A DNA stretch of 64,000 nucleotides from Chiloscyllium plagiosum (taxonomy: Eukaryota), in the NCBI RefSeq assembly GCF_004010195.1, contig NC_057717.1, positions 103,940,282 to 104,004,281 on the forward strand. Direction: 5' to 3'. The translations under genes and the position numbers were made by a program. The notes below the pieces were generated by a model that was given only the letters and a program-made list of their open reading frames with translations, searched no databases and had not been told where the DNA came from. This document shows positions 63,109 to 64,000 of this stretch, piece by piece; within the stretch, counting starts at the first letter, position 1; each line of letters starts with the position of its first letter.

Positions 63109-63476
63109 ATGGAAATGGAACAGATTTAAGTTGTTGCGTTGTTACTTATTGACCTGTTTGTGTTTTATACTGAACAGGAAAAACTGATATCTGAAATTCT
63201 CACTTCTTTATTTTTTTCCAATTTATTCCTGTAACCTATAATGCTGGACTTTTTAATTTTGTTACTTTTCTAATTTTGTTTTGTTTCTTAAGAATTTGAT
63301 CTTAAGTAACTGTATCTGGTTACCTTTGTGTCTAAGATGGTGCTGTAATATGGTGACTGTAAACTTTGCACATCACTCAGCTTTGGATAGGTGACAATAA
63401 AGTTAATTCAATTTGTATGTTTGAAAGGAGGGAATATCATGTCGGATTTATAAGGCACACAATTTTGGCAAAACAG

Positions 63477-64000
63477 TGTTATGAAGATGTGGGTGGACCT
63501 TCAAGAGAGTTAAAATCAGCAGAACTACCAGACACAGCACCAAGTGTTTTCAAGAAGGTAACAACATAACACTTGGTCAAACAATTCGATCAGCTTGTTG
63601 CCTGGAGACAAAAACAAGTTCGAATTCAGCCAATCAGTTTAATTATACTCCGAAAAAATAGCCATTTCCAATCAAGTTTGAATTGAGTATATTCACAATC
63701 TTAAAAGCCAATGACACAATCCGATGCTCTGGGATATAAGACTGGGGGGGGGCGGGGGGAATGGAACAGTTGAGAGGAGATCTGTCAAGTCCTAGCATGT
63801 AACAGACGGCTTGAAAAAATCTCTCTCTTAAAAGTCTCTTTTCGATCAGTAACCTGTGACGCAGAAATTCCTAACAAGGAGGAAAGATGACACAGGAAGA
63901 TTTGAAGACGTGAATCTGCCGCTGCCTGGTCTTGCGATAAGAAATGTGGTTTTGTAAATCTTAATTGTTATTGGACTAGTATTATAGAAGGGAAGGTAAA
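63477..64000 (+). mobile_element. LTR of the same family as 35882-36598, running off the window end
   Basis: Starts TGTTATGAAGATGTGGGTG and aligns by eye to the reverse complement of about 36598-36080. Confidence 0.8.

Overview
Eukaryotic, repeat-rich vertebrate DNA. The repeat families (V-SINE/HE1-like SINEs, CR1 LINEs, Penelope-like elements) suggest a cartilaginous fish, probably a shark; this is inferred, not verified. Two genes are recognisable from spliced exons. (1) SLC27A1/FATP1: coding exons 1-3 lie on the MINUS strand (13565-13399, 6099-5705, 4565-4404), but the last two coding exons lie on the PLUS strand (21685-21831, 26351-26508), on the other side of a 500-N gap. The most likely explanation is a mis-oriented contig, less likely a real inversion. 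(2) A complete 5-exon PGLS gene (40850-49063, +, 256 aa) with a CpG island and a promoter unusually dense in TGAC/CCAAT modules. The rest is introns and intergenic DNA filled with CR1, Tx1, SINE, solo-LTR and Penelope-derived repeats, a 22-bp minisatellite, and three N gaps. The most notable non-obvious feature is at least three families of Penelope-derived insertions carrying minimal type-I hammerhead ribozyme motifs. Several are short fold-back (palindromic) insertions with 8-14 bp target-site duplications. Exon boundaries were read base by base; repeat boundaries are approximate.
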